This document shows, one piece after another, positions 1 through 13,796 of a DNA stretch of 64,000 nt. Every line of letters starts with the position of its first letter. Positions within the stretch are counted from its first letter, which is position 1. Made by a program: the position numbers and the translations under genes. The stretch comes from Octopus bimaculoides (taxonomy: Eukaryota). The notes under the pieces were generated by a model that searched no databases, was not told the DNA's origin, and worked only from the letters and a program-made list of their open reading frames with translations. Where the stretch lies: contig NC_068989.1 in the NCBI RefSeq assembly GCF_001194135.2, positions 33,164,094 to 33,228,093 of the forward strand, written 5' to 3'.

Positions 1-66
1 AGATCTGGCCAGTTTGAACATAAAGCTGGTAGAATATTTGGGCTGGTTTAAATTCTAAAGGGTTAA
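1..66. mobile_element. Right end of a TTAA-flanked piggyBac-type MITE
   Basis: Ends ...ctaaagggttaa. Same sequence as the end of the element at 18156-18382. Confidence 0.6.
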
Positions 67-462
67 AGAAGGTAATCGATGAAAAACGTCCAGAATTGAA
101 GACTTCATGTTTCTTAGCAGACCTAGCAAAAATTGGTACAGCTTGGTTGGGACATCCTACCGCACCCACCCTACTCACCTGACCTTTCACATTTGGATTA
201 CCATTTATATCAATCCCTACAAATGTCTTTTAACAGGAAGAACTTCAATTCTTTGAAAGATTGTAAAGATCACGTAGATCAGTTCATGATCCAGAAAGAT
301 GCCAAGTACTGGGAGGATGGAATTGTGAAGCTGCCTCAAAGATGGTGAAAGGTAGTGGAACAAAATGGGATATATGTCTGAATAAAGATACATATAAATA
401 TCTAAATATTGTTTTTGAATTGTACTTAAAAAACAGTATGAACTTATAGTCCAACTCAATAG
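67..462 (+). mobile_element. mariner (DD34D-type) transposase 3' fragment with right TIR
   Basis: LGWDILPHPPYSPDL...DYHL, WEDGIVKLPQRW. TIR-like acttatagtccaactcaata at the end. Confidence 0.85.
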
Positions 463-1164
463 ATATATACCGCTCTCACTAAGCCCACCTTACTGTCTAT
501 CACTTTATATCTCTTCTCCAGGACTACCATCTCCTCATCATCCATAGCACACTCTCTCAAGTTACCTATAATACCACCCAACACCTTTCTTTACCTTTAT
601 TTCACTACCCACCCTTAAACCTCTAGAATATCTTCTAGCCTTTCTTTCCCTTACTCTTACTACACTCACCAAGTTTCTTTTCCCCTCCACTCTCTCTCCT
701 TTCTTTCTATTTACAATGTCCTTGCAGTATTCACATATTGCACTTCTTCATACTTCTCATGGTTCTCTGCAATATAATACTTTACATCCTTTTCTCTCTG
801 CCTCTTTTGCTCTCACAGCCCTCTCACTTACAGGTTCTCTGCCTCCTCAACACCACATCTTTTCCATCGATTCCCTCTCTGACATACCCACACAACTCCA
901 ACACTTCTTTTTCCTTCAATGACTCACTTAGAATTCCCCTCTATCCTAATCAACTGCTCCCCTTTCCCTCATGGATTCCTGCCTTTTACCATGTTGGACA
1001 GCCCTGGACCCCACCTTATCTTTTTAACTCTATCCCTCTTTTTCACAACTGTCATTAATTCCCTCCCTTTCCCCTGTTCTCTACCTTCTTTCAACCCCCA
1101 CCTTACCATTCTCTCATCCCTCCACCTAGGATCATTGTCCATGCTCTCTCTCTCTTCTGTTCCC

Positions 1165-1410
1165 CCTCTAGCATAGCCTTGTAAGTTACAAGGTGGTTAT
1201 CATTGGTACTGGTACCATGAAATAAACCGCTTGGTACACTCAGAATTCTGGTTGGCATTAAAAAGGTCATCAAGTCATAGAAACAATGCCAAAGCAGACC
1301 TTGATGCATGATGCAGTTCTCCAAATCATCAATCACTCTCAAACTATCCAACCCATGCCAACATAGAAGCTGGATATTAAATGATGATGAGGACAATGAT
1401 GATGGATGAT
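1165..1410 (+). mobile_element. Decayed RTE-type 3' end / tail-sharing SINE fragment
   Basis: ccaacccatgccaacatagaagctggatattaaatgatgatga tail, shared with the RTE copies in this window. Confidence 0.55.
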
Positions 1411-1449
1411 GTAAGTCTCTTTATCTATTTGTGAGTATTGCCATTGATG

Positions 1450-3250
1450 TGCACCCAATATTTCTAATGTTTGGGCCAATGATCATTCAACTCTACTGCT
1501 CCAACACTAACTCGTATTATGCAATATCTGACTTTCAAAACAAAAGCTATCACCTCATTCATATTTTTCAGAGTTGGTTTTGTTTTTAATAGCTTTGATA
1601 GTCTTCTTTGATAATCTTTTCAATGAGGTAGGCATAAAAGAAATTATGTCATTCATTTGTATTTTTAAAGACTATAAATAATCTTTGTGATTCTTTTGTT
1701 AAATTAATTAGTAAAAATACACTTTTAAAATCTATGTTGAATGGAATAACTCATCGTATCTGAGTATTAAGTAGCAATTATCTCCAATATGAGTGCTTAA
1801 GGTAACTTTAAAACTTTGCCATTTGCTTTCCAAATAACAACTGGCACAATGCAGTCCCTGTAATTGGTTCCTATGTACATACAGTAGTATTTCACTTACC
1901 AATTCTTCTTTTACCATTTAGCTTTTGAAAACAGTTATAGTCTGGCATTCCAATAAATTGGTATCATATATGGATATAGTTGAATTCTGGCTTGCATGTT
2001 TGTGTGAAATCCAGGTGAAATTACTTCTAGATACTTAGCACATAAATTGCTGATTTTATTTCTAATTCATTTTGAAATGGTGAATCTCGAAGCAGATAAA
2101 GCTCTCAATAATATTTAAATATTGAGTTAAAACCACTTTTTGGATAGAAAAAGTTGAAGGCTGCTCATGGGACACAAATCTACATTTGTAAACCTGACTG
2201 GCATTCTACCATTCAAATCAGCTGATTTTCAACATTATTAACAATCCAAGCAATAGTAAGCATAAATAATAGTGACATTAAATGTTTTTAACCAATTCAT
2301 TTCAAATAAATCTAAACTTATCTCAGAAACAATTACAATGGCCTCTAAATTTGTGAGTGCTTATTTCCAATTTTAAGCCTAAATAAGCATTTTTATTAAA
2401 CAGGTTCTAATGTTGGAGATCAGAGCAGTTTGTATGCATTTACATTAATTAAGGTTCCAGCAAGCATGAGGCTCTAATTTGATTTTAATAAATTCATCAT
2501 TGATTATCAATTTCTTCTTGGTATAAATTTTACGATACAGAATTACCTTCAATTTTTTTCCGCAACTGTCATTTTTATAATTTGTTCAATATTTTTATCA
2601 GATTTGAAATTATTATAGTTTCAATTTGATACCATGCATACATTCACTATATTTTATGATTATATGGACAAGCTTTCCTTTTCTGACAAATATTCTAAAC
2701 AGCTTTTCCATCAGTAGATTGATTTTATTTTTATTATTTTTGTTTCAATTATGATGAGTAGCTTTGAATTCTTTTATATAATTCATGACATTGTAAAAAT
2801 ACAGTTAATGTCTTGGTTGCTAATGCTTGAATTATATATTTGGTGACTTTTAATATATCATTGAGTTATGGATTCTTGTTATATAGACGAGATCAGTGAA
2901 TTTGTTTGTGTAACAGTTCCATCACGTATCAGCCAGGCAACAATATTCAAAAAATTTATCTTTAAATTCACAATCATGTATCAATAGTCTCATTTTACAA
3001 ATGCAATCTTGATATAAATGACCTATATTCATTACACATTAGTAAAATATATCAAAAGCAATCAGAATATTCAAGACCTTTTGGTACTTTTTAAAAATGT
3101 TCTGTCAACTTTTCCGTAATTACTTTATACAAAACTTTACCTCTTTCTTCAAGACTAAATATCTGGGTTATTAAGTCATCTGTTTGATATCCAATTCACA
3201 ATCATGAATATGATTTGTATTTATCATCATCTACAACATTGTATGCACAT
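1450..3250 (-). mobile_element. Heavily decayed Gypsy/Ty3 internal region (gag, protease, start of RT)
   Basis: Fragmented minus-strand motifs: ACPYNHK zinc-knuckle remnant, AGTLINVNAYKLL protease-like segment, SLDLFEMNWL, ARIQLYPYMIPIY, VPVVIWKANGKV (RT N-terminus). Many stops and frameshifts; no LTRs recognised. Confidence 0.55.
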
Positions 3251-4019
3251 TAAGATGGTCAAGATAATTTTCCCAGGTATCATGCTTACAGTTTTTTTTT
3301 TTTTTTTTTAAAGAGCACTAGTGGCAAATTTTTTTTTAGCTAGTCAGCAATGGTTTTCAGAAATAAAGAAAACATATTTGCCAGTCTTTGTTGTTGTTGT
3401 TTCTGCATATACTCTATTTGTGTGTTATTAATTTGTAATTGTTCTTTCATTTGATAGAATATTGAAAAAGTTTGTGGATCATGGCATTTTAATAAATTGC
3501 AACGAGGCAAACTTTTGCTTTGATTTGAATAGAATTATTGTAAATTTGACAAAATTGTAACTATTTATGATAAAAATTATGATAATTATATGAATAATGG
3601 TGAGAAGTTGATAGAAAAAACACACAAACAAATAATAATAAGGATGAAATTAACTATGAATAATTTTCAAATATAGAAATTCAGATCCTACTGTGGGAGG
3701 CAACCCCACTTCTGACAATAATATTGTTGTAACAAGAACAAGAAATTCTATAGTAACACTTATGTGGTCAGCTGGTATAGCATTGTTGTGGTCAGGTTTT
3801 TCTGAATCGAGTTCTTATAGAAACTAGTAATTCTGTCCAGAAATCTATGCCCCCACGCCAGACAAAGAGGAACAGAATTGCAACAAATTAAAACTTTTAT
3901 TTATTCAACTGAGGGTGTTTAACAGAGTTCGGTATTACATATATGCAGGCAAATGTATATGAAACACACAACAAAAATAAACATGAAATATGTGCTAAAA
4001 GTGAATGATCAATGAAACA

Positions 4020-4477
4020 AGAGGTGTTGTATGGAATACAACAGAAGTATTACCAAGAAATCAACAAATTGCATCAAAAACTGTAATGTTTGCATCCAGC
4101 ATTGGTTAATCGAAGAAGACCAATTCTTTTCCATGATAATGCCCAACTACATACCTGGCAAAGGACCTTGAAAATAATCGAATGAACTGCACTATGAAAC
4201 TCTACTTCACTCAGCTTACTTTTCAGTCCTTTCTTCAACTGACTATCATTTTTTCAAATACTTCAATAACTTCCTTCAACAACTAAGCAGCAGCAAAGCA
4301 GTTAGGATTCATCAGTTCCACGACTCCAGAATTCTATGATACCAGAATCAAAAGATTTGTTGCTTATTGACAAAAATGTGTATATTCTATTAATAAAACG
4401 TTTTTTTTATCTGAAATATACTGCTTTAAAGTTGATGGGTGAAAACCACAATTATTTTTGCACCTGTATTAATATTC
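4020..4477 (+). mobile_element. Decayed mariner transposase 3' fragment with TIR
   Basis: YQEINKLH..LHPALVNRRRPILFHDNA motif; terminal aattatttttgcacctgtattaata resembles a mariner TIR. Confidence 0.75.
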
Positions 4478-5945
4478 CAAATAAAAAGAGCATGTGTGGC
4501 TCTCATTACACTGAGACCGGATAGCAACCAACTATGCTGAAATCAATATACTTTGGTTGTTAGACTCATTTACACTCTATAGGGGTTAACCTTTAAATTG
4601 CTTTACAGCAAGGCTAGAAATATAATTTTATATAAAATATATTTATTTCAAAAGGTGTGTTATGTAATTTTCCTTGCATTCTATTTATCACTTCCATCTA
4701 TAACATAAGGTGATTTATTCTGGCAAAATTGAAGTCTGAGTGAAAGAATATGCAGTTTTTAACTATCCTGAAGCTAAATTAGACCTAAGTCAAAGTCACA
4801 ACATTTCAACTGTGATATCTATATGATTTTGGAAGAAATGGGGAAATTCCATAGCATTTTTCAAAACAAGGTAAGAAATGTATTTTTGTGTAGAATTTAT
4901 TACTGAAAATGTTAAGTTATTAATATTGTCAGTCTAACAATTATTGTCACCACCACTGCCATCATTGACATCATCATTATCATTATACATCAACCTCATT
5001 TAACATCCTTTTTCTTTTTTCATACTAGCATGGGTTCATGTGCAAAGGATCTTGTTAATTGTCTCACCATTTAATATGATTCTTTGCACATACAGTACAG
5101 AGAAAAAACCCACCAATCTTTTATTATGAATTGTATTTTTGTGATTTTGGCATCGTTTTTACAACTATATATCCTTCTTTTCACCAATCATCTTATAACA
5201 ATGACTGTGTGCTTTTTACTGAGGAACTAGCACAAGTTGTTTGCAACAGAGATAAAGTTCTCTCTAACATATATCAATTTGTATCCAGAATTGTTGTTCT
5301 CCTTAATGAAGGATCTTTGCTGCTATTAACAATGCCCACACCTCCTCTACATAATAAAAGCAAAACCTTTTTCAGATACTATTGAGTGTGTTTACAGAGC
5401 CCAATTACCAAGATGGGTTGACTTCATTACAGTTAAGAAACCTCATTTCTCCATTATGTTAAGTTGGAAATCAAATCTGCAGTGAATGAAGGTTATGTTG
5501 AGATGAAGTTAGCTAACAAGAGGAAAAGGTCTTATACAACTATGCTTTCTAGACGTGCCATCTTCACTATGGTTGAGAAACCATGATAGAGGGTAAATTC
5601 TTTAATTACAAAGGGAGCCCTGATAATACTATAAATCAGCCAAGCAAAAAATTCTTGCTATTATATGGGTAGGGGAAGGCTTACAGAGTTAGTCTGGGGC
5701 AACTGTAAAGTAAATGCTTAATGAGCAAGTCTAATAAAACTAAAATGGGTCTGTTGTTTTGACTGGTTGGCATTAAAGACAAATCCACCCAATTTCTATC
5801 TCTTTTATTGCCCCAAAATTTAGGTAATTTGAAAGGTAATGTTATGTAGGGTATAATCAGATCAACCCCCTATTTTATGCCCATAGAAAGATAAACCATA
5901 GAGAAATACTTGTCATGTTGAGGCTAGAATTAGATTTCAAACTTG

Positions 5946-5982
<37 letters not shown>

Positions 5983-7336
5983 GTACACAGAAGGCTCCCC
6001 TGAGTATTTTCTTTTAGTTATATTATTAACAGGAGCAGCAGGAATAAGGCTGCCTCTATGACAGAGATCACAATTAATAACAATTGTGCTTGATTGTCAA
6101 GATAGGTAACAAGTGTGCTATGGTGGTTTATACCAGCCAAAGAGCTTTGACATATATTTCAGTCACTGTCAAGAATGTTTAAACGTGTATACATATAATT
6201 TCCAGCAATTATTTACAGATAGAAAATAAACTTCAAATGAGCTGTGTCTACAACCCAATAGTAACTATTTTAATTACAAGAGAATGCAATGGAGAGAGAT
6301 ACAAATGTTATAAACCCCATTTCAGTGCATAAAAATCTTAAGCTTCGTGTCTACTTGAGAAAAACAATGGAAAACTATAAAAATCCATACACCTGAAAAC
6401 CTACACCAGAGTTTGTTTTTTGTTTTTTTTTTAATCAATAAATCAGAGGGGAAAGAACAGTACACAGAATATTTGCAAATCCTCCAAGATGAGTGGAAGG
6501 AAAGGAAAGATATTACACATAGGTTCCTGCAATAGCAAGAAGTACATTAAACTACTAAGTTATTTATCCTAAGATGTGATTCAAATGCTTGCAATAGATT
6601 GGACTCCGATGTGATTCAAATGCTTGTAATAGATTGGACTCTATAAAAAGGAACCTAAGAGTCAGATGGTGGTATTAAGCCAGTGGGAAAGACTTCTTCT
6701 ACCACTAAAGAACAGGTACAGTCTGCAGGACTTCACACAAGATCATTCAAAGGAAAAGAATCTTATGACTGAAAAGCATAGACTCAGGCATGGCTGTATA
6801 GTTTAGATGTCTACTTTGCTTTGGAACCATATAGGTCCAAGTTTCATTTCTCTGTATAGTACATTGGACAAGTATCTTCTGCTATAGTCTCAAGTTGACC
6901 AATGCTTTGTAAGTGGAATTTGGTAGATAGAAAATGTACAGAAAGAAGTTTGTTGCATGTATGTGAATATATATATGTATATATCATTGGGGTTTTTTAT
7001 GTGTTTTACCATGTTGCATGGGTTAGATGAGACTTACTGAGGTATGCCAGATGCCTATCTTATCACCAACAGTTACCTTTTTTTCATGTAAAATACTTTT
7101 ATACCACTGCTCTTCACATATTGAAATCCCTGTACTACAGGATATACTGTTTACAGATGTAGACATGACATTGCTATTGCCCGTCTTTATGTGTCATGCA
7201 ATGACACACAAAGGTGGGCTTCTGCATAGTTTCCATCTACCACATCATCATCATTTTATGTCCACTTGCCCATATTGGCATGGACTGAATGGTCTGTCCA
7301 TATGTACATATACATAGGTTATGTGTAATGTGTAAA

Positions 7337-8895
7337 TCTTACTATATAAAATACATTGTCTGTGTGTGTGTGTATCCTTTATGTATGGCCAAACCTCTGG
7401 ATCAATCTGTGCCGTACTTGGGGTACATGAATAATTTGACCTGAGAAATAATAATATGGTCTTGATTTATTTTTTTAATTAAAAACAAATAATATTGCTT
7501 TATATATATAATAAAAATTCACTTCTTCAAACCATTTTGTCAATGTCAACTTCCTGTGTCTGGTGTTCTGACGTAACTAAGTAACCAGCTATTTACATAC
7601 AGACGTATGTATACATCATTACAGTTGTGACAGTTTCTGATAAAAAAGAATTTCTAAAGGTACTGTCATTTTTTTATATTCTTCTCCAGCTTTCTATTTT
7701 TGTATCTGTACATACAGGTTCATTTCTGTAAAAATTTTCCCATGTTAACAGGTCTGCTTCATATATAAGATATATATTTATGTGTGTGTAAATACATTCT
7801 CCATAGAGACAGACGCATCTTTCTCATATGTCAACAGGTCTGTTAAGATATATATTAATGTGTGTGTGTGAAAATACATTCAATACGGAGATACACACCT
7901 TTTTTTTCAAATGTCAACAGGTCCGTTTCACATACATGGTATATATTATTGTGTGTGTGTGTGTGTGTGTGTGTATGCCACCTCACCACTTAACACTTAA
8001 AAAAAGGGCCCCAATCATGCTGCTCAGGAATCTGGATCCACCTTGTCTGTGCAATGGCACCAGACTGGTGGTGAAAACAATGCGACCCCATGTCCTAGAG
8101 GTAACAATTATGACTGGGAACTATACGGGTGAGGATGTCTTCATTCCACAAATCCTGTTAATCCCATATGACCTCCCCTTTAAATTTAAACAATTCCAGA
8201 TCCCAGTTTTGTTATGTCAATAAAGAAATCTCAAGGACAGTCTCTCAAGGTTGTTGGACTTCTCCTTGCTTCTCTCATGGGCAATGATATGTAGGATGTT
8301 CACAAGTCCCCAAAACCTTTTCATTTATTCACCAATTAAAGGACACACTCAAATCATTGTATATTTAGAAGCTCTACATAATTAAACTGTGATTGATTTC
8401 CGGATTTGTTTCAATACATTTGTTTATACTCACAGCATCTGGTAGAATTTTTGTTAAATGTATTTATTAATAGGAGAGGAGCACCAGGAAGGCAGTTCTT
8501 CCCAAATTTATGCATTTTCAGGTTCAACATGTTTCAAATAAGTACTGACAATTGAAGGTGATTGCAAAGACAAAGAACTACGTGCTTTTTTAGCAATTTT
8601 AACAGTGTGAACATCGGATAAAACATGTTATTGACACATACAGTTAGTACCTCAGTTAATAACTGTTGAGAACTGCATAATCCATGTTTCATTTTACTTA
8701 GAGATTTAAAAGGTATACTTAAATTTCATTATTTACAATAACCTGGGAAACACCGGGTTATTAACTTATAAAGTTGGTATCTCAGTTACTAGGAGGTGAG
8801 ACCTGCATAGTCTATGTTTCATGTTAGAGATCTAAAAGACATTTTTAAATTTCATTATTTTCTTTAACCTGAGTAATGCGAGGTATTTCTGCTAG
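7337..8895 (+). mobile_element. Non-autonomous Helitron carrying a C-terminal Pif1 helicase fragment (about 7975-8380)
   Basis: A|TC-TTACTATATAAAA 5' end. Translation [18 protein letters not shown]...FKFKQFQIPV. 3' hairpin then CTAG|T at 8892-8896. Confidence 0.8.
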
Positions 8896-8996
8896 TATTA
8901 CATACACATAGATAGGGTATGTTTTAAGCCACTATCTTTTTAATTAGCAACGATTTTAAATAATCAGAATAACGTTGATGAAAATATCTCCTATCA

Positions 8997-10477
8997 TCTG
9001 TATATATATAAAAGAGATGATGTTTGTGTGTATGTGTACGTGAATGTAGTTTATGCACATCCACAAATTAGCACGCATGTTGCTCCAATTTTAGGTGATG
9101 TGTCATGACACTATGTGCATTTTCGCCAAATATTTCTCTCAGAGGCACCCGCGTATAGCTGTAAAAATCGATAGACTTTTACCAATTTTGAAGTTTGTTG
9201 ACATGGCGAAGTCAAATCTGTGCGTACACGTGTGAAGAGAGAGAGAGAGAGACAGAGAGACAGACAGACAGAGAGACAGACAGACAGAGAGACAGACAGA
9301 CAGAGAGACAGAAAGAAAGAAAGAGTGTGTTTGTGACAGGGGGGAGATACAGTGTTTGCTAGCGTCCAAAAAAAATTAAAATTAAAAAAGTGGGTAAGGT
9401 AGACAGAAATCAAAGCAAATTTTTCTAAGCAAGACAGAGTTTACTTTGCTAGCGTCTAACAAANNNNNNNNNNNNNNNNNNNNNNNNNNNNNNNNNNNNN
9501 NNNNNNNNNNNNNNNNNNNNNNNNNNNNNNNNNNNNNNNNNNNNNNNNNNNNNNNNNNNNNNNNNNNNNNNNNNNNNNNNNNNNNNNNNNNNNNNNNNNN
9601 NNNNNNNNNNNNNNNNNNNNNNNNNNNNNNNNNNNNNNNNNNNNNNNNNNNNNNNNNNNNNNNNNNNNNNNNNNNNNNNNNNNNNNNNNNNNNNNNNNNN
9701 NNNNNNNNNNNNNNNNNNNNNNNNNNNNNNNNNNNNNNNNNNNNNNNNNNNNNNNNNNNNNNNNNNNNNNNNNNNNNNNNNNNNNNNNNNNNNNNNNNNN
9801 NNNNNNNNNNNNNNNNNNNNNNNNNNNNNNNNNNNNNNNNNNNNNNNNNNNNNNNNNNNNNNNNNNNNNNNNNNNNNNNNNNNNNNNNNNNNNNNNNNNN
9901 NNNNNNNNNNNNNNNNNNNNNNNNNNNNNNNNNNNNNNNNNNNNNNNNNNNNNNNNNNNNNNNNNNNNNNNNNNNNNNNNNNNNNNNNNNNNNNNNNNNN
10001 NNNNNNNNNNNNNNNNNNNNNNNNNNNNNNNNNNNNNNNNNNNNNNNNNNNNNNNNNNNNNNNNNNNNNNNNNNNNNNNNNNNNNNNNNNNNNNNNNNNN
10101 NNNNNNNNNNNNNNNNNNNNNNNNNTTAGAGTTAACCTAGAAGGGACAGGCCCCTTATTTTTTGGTTAAGGCTGTTGGTAAGTTTTCCTAAGTTACTCCA
10201 ATTCACATCCCCAATGCAAACCTTCAGATCAACCTTTTCCTATGCAGATCTCTAATGCAACTTTAAAAAAAAACAGTCAATGAGTGGAAATAATCAATAA
10301 ACTGATTCCTTATTGGATTTCCCAATTAAATTGCCAGCAAACCATTTTTAGCCAAACCAATTTCAACAGATTTCGCTCAAATCTGATGTCCATGTTACTT
10401 ATTTTGGTTTGAAATAAAGCACTTGATCACTTAATAATCCTAGCTTAATCCCGAGCAGTGCCGGGCTACACTGCTAG
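8997..10477 (+). mobile_element. Non-autonomous Helitron-like element spanning an N gap
   Basis: A|TC-TGTATATATATAAAAG start; cccgagcagtgccggg hairpin then CTAG|T at 10474-10478; internal (GA/GACA)n. Continuity across the gap is assumed. Confidence 0.65.
9464..10125. other. Assembly gap (N); further gaps at 16334-16445, 52984-53044 and 59185-59730
   Basis: Runs of N. Confidence 1.
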
Positions 10478-11721
10478 TCTTATATATAATGGGATTTTAT
10501 ATTCATTTAAATTTATATTTGATCCTTTTAGAATGAATATAAAGCAGTCAAATTATGTTATTAAAAGGCTGAAGATGTAATGTTAACATTGTGAGCCAGC
10601 AAAACTTAACATACTCTATGTAATGATTCATTTACAACAAAAGCTTTTACAAATCTTACAAAGGGGTTTGAAGAAATGTTTTTTGGTTGACCATTAGTTG
10701 AAGAAGAGAGGAAAGAAAATGTTATGAAAACATTGAAAGAAATGCTAAGTTAAAATGTAAACAGCCCTACTAATTCTAGCTCTGTAAGTAAACCTTGTGA
10801 CATTCCTGATAGATGTGTACACAGATTATTCCATTCACAGGAATTATGATCATATGAATTTTGGCTTATTTGTTGTTGTTTTTTTTTTGGGGGGGGGGGG
10901 GTTGCAATCAAATTACACATGAAGATAAAGAAAATAGATTCAGAACAATTAAAACTTGCTTTATGATATTTTGGAGTCAAATGAATCCTATTTTTCTCTA
11001 AATGGGTTAGTTAATCACCATAATTGTATCATCTGATCTGACAATGCTGTTAGTGCCCATTCACCATTTTCATAAAATACTTTGAAAATTTACAATCTAG
11101 TGTCTAAATTTATTTTATATAAGCTCCCTTTACATAGGCTTAAGATAACATATTTTGCCATCTGTTTTGTTTGGTTAAATTATTTGTTTATTAAAAAAAT
11201 ATTTGGCATACTCTGTCTTTTACCAATATATATCAGAAGAAAAACAAAAGATAAACAGGATTTTCAAGCTATAATATCTTGAGGTATTTGTTGCATCCAA
11301 GTTGATAACTCATGCCAGTGTGGATGAAGCAAACCAGTAACTGGCCTGTTGGAAACCTTTAACTGAAAAATGTGACATAAAATAATGTGGTGCCCAGATT
11401 ATAATAATAAGACACTAAGACGCTTGCCCTAAGTCCTCACAGTGAGAGATAACTTGGAAGTACATGATGTGCAGTGAATTTCTAAAACCACACAGCCATT
11501 CGTGCACCCAGAGACAGTCCTAAGAAAAAAATTTGATACTTCTGATTAAGAAAGATCACATAATTGACATTTTATTGTACTCCACATAGCTTATTCACAG
11601 TTAGGTGAACTTAGTCACTGAGAATGAGGTGTCTTAAACCATCCCAACAACTCCACTAGCAAAGGCTTTTGTTTTCAAATTTGATGTGTCAAAGAATAGT
11701 TTACAATAAAGTGTTACTTAC

Positions 11722-11846
11722 ATTATCTCCTTTAAGATCCTGCACAGCATTTAATCCTGTCTCTCTGATATAGCTTTCCACTTGATCAATCAAATAATTC
11801 AAGCCATTGTGGATAGGTTTCAGTAATACATACATGTTTGACAAGT
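11722..11846 (-). CDS. CUL2: Cullin-2 coding exon 9 (125 nt; DLSNMYVLLKPIHNGLNYLIDQVESYIRETGLNAVQDLKGDN); the gene continues beyond this exon
   Basis: Matches DMANMYVLLRAV..GL; TTTCAG / GTAAGT boundaries. Cumulative CDS of 999 nt is in frame. Confidence 0.94.
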
Positions 11847-13796
11847 CTGAAATAAATACAATATGTGTTCAAAACATTTGAAATTATGTAACAGACAAAT
11901 GATTTTATAAAGTTTTTTTTATTTTGTAATGCAAAAGCATTTTGATTGTTGTTTTTAAAACTTTATCATTATTTAGTCCAAGTTCCAAATAGAAAGTTCT
12001 AGGCAATGTTCTATGTGGTATTTGATTGGTGAGATACAGTAGAGATGACAAGACAAGAAGCAATGGGTTTGGAAATATTGGCATACTGAATTCTAATTTA
12101 GAGGAGCAAAAGCTATTGCATTAAGAAAAAGACTGAAAGGGAAAATAATAAATATTTTAGACTAATGGTTGTAATTTGTTGGGATGTGAATTTTTGCAAT
12201 TATCCAGACAGTGTTTTTTTTTAATGCATAATAGTATGGTGGTGATGATAGCAGTCAATCATCCAACCAAACTAAAGAAACTGTTTCCATTAATTTTTCA
12301 AATTGCTTATACAATCTGCCAATGACAACTCCTGACAGAAGTATCACCATTTTCCAAGGATAGGGTTAGATGTGAACAAAGAATGCAGATATGTATATAT
12401 ATATAGAAATAGCAGTAATACCAGTCGTTGAGGGGTAATTAATTTTATTCTTTCTCAGGAGCCACATTCAAAGTATTATTATATATATAATTTACTCCTC
12501 CTCTATGTGTGTATTTTATAAGAGAAAAACATGTAATAATTGAAGTAGAAAAAAGATCAGTCTCATACACAAACTTTTGTTTGTTTATTATATGACTCTA
12601 AGTGAGTTGTGTGTTATTTTATTTATCAATACATTAATGGCAATTATATAATACACTTCACTTAAAAAGGTGATTTACTCATTCTTGAATGTAATGATAG
12701 TAATGGCAAATTAAGTTATTGAAGTATTCATGTTGCATTAAGAGTGAATATTTCTTTATAAACAATGTTTTCTCTTTTATTTCAGGGTGCATAAGCAAAA
12801 AGACTTGCTTTTTGCTCCCACACATGATGCTCCTACATAAAGTTGGCCATGTGAAAAGCATGGTTCTTCAAGTTGCAATCCAACAACTTTTAGTGTTTGG
12901 CCCTGACTTTTATTAATATTCATGGCAAAAGCAACTCGGATAGGAAACTGTAACCACTTAAAGTGGAATGGGACATTAGATGGTATAACTGGTATGTGAG
13001 GAATGAAGACAGTCTTACCTTTGCCACAACCAGTGAGAATATTTGCCTCAATGCAGTTCCTCATAAATTTGTGCACAATCAGTCTTGGACCACTGCGTAA
13101 TTTTGGTTGAGACAAATTATGCAATAGCATAATAGGAGTCCCTTTCTTCAGCTGAAGACAATGAGGAACTGTACCTGGTGGTTCTAGTGATTTCAAAAAT
13201 TTGATGGGGTAGTTAACACTATCCTGATCAATAACAAAACTGTCAATTGAGTTATAAGTAAATACTTCTCCTGGAAGTTTATTCAATAGCATATTATTAA
13301 TGCTATTTACAGCAACATTTTTTGGAGCCAGGATAGGGCACTCACAGATCCAATCTGTATTGTTGTAATTATGAAGAAGATTTGGAAAGATTTCAGCCAC
13401 TAAATCATCAACAGAATCAGCTGAACTACATGTTGGACCGAGTGTAAGAAACTGTTCTTCCTCAATTGCAACTCTCTCTTCACCAAGTTTCAAAAGCTGC
13501 TCTGCAAATAGTTCAGCTGATTGATCTCTTGAAAGCCTCAATTTCATATTTGTCAAAAGTTGAAGTGTTTTCATGTGGTGCCATAATACAGAAGACTTTA
13601 TTGAAGCACTGAGCTCATCTACTTTTGTTCCTATTGGAACAACTGGTAGTGTTTGTTGAAAGTCTCCTGACAATAATACTGTGACATTTCCCATTATGGA
13701 ATTATGATTTCTAATGTCTTGTAATATTCTGTCCACAGCTTCAAAAGCTTTTTTTGTGGGCCATGATACATTCATCCTAGACAATTAGGTAGCATT

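Noticed and set aside
5169-5176. Extra ATATCCTT U12-like donors (plus 5169-5176; minus 24349-24356)
   Set aside because: No adjoining exon or matching branch point; several such 8-mers are expected by chance in AT-rich DNA.
5131-5385. 84-aa ORF without repeats
   Set aside because: Starts with TTG, has no recognisable motif and no supporting splice context.
6573-6641. 35-bp tandem duplication
   Set aside because: Ordinary local slippage duplication with no further structure.
9446-10129. 200+ aa ORFs containing X (also 59106-59803 and 15862-16611)
   Set aside because: Artefacts of N gaps.
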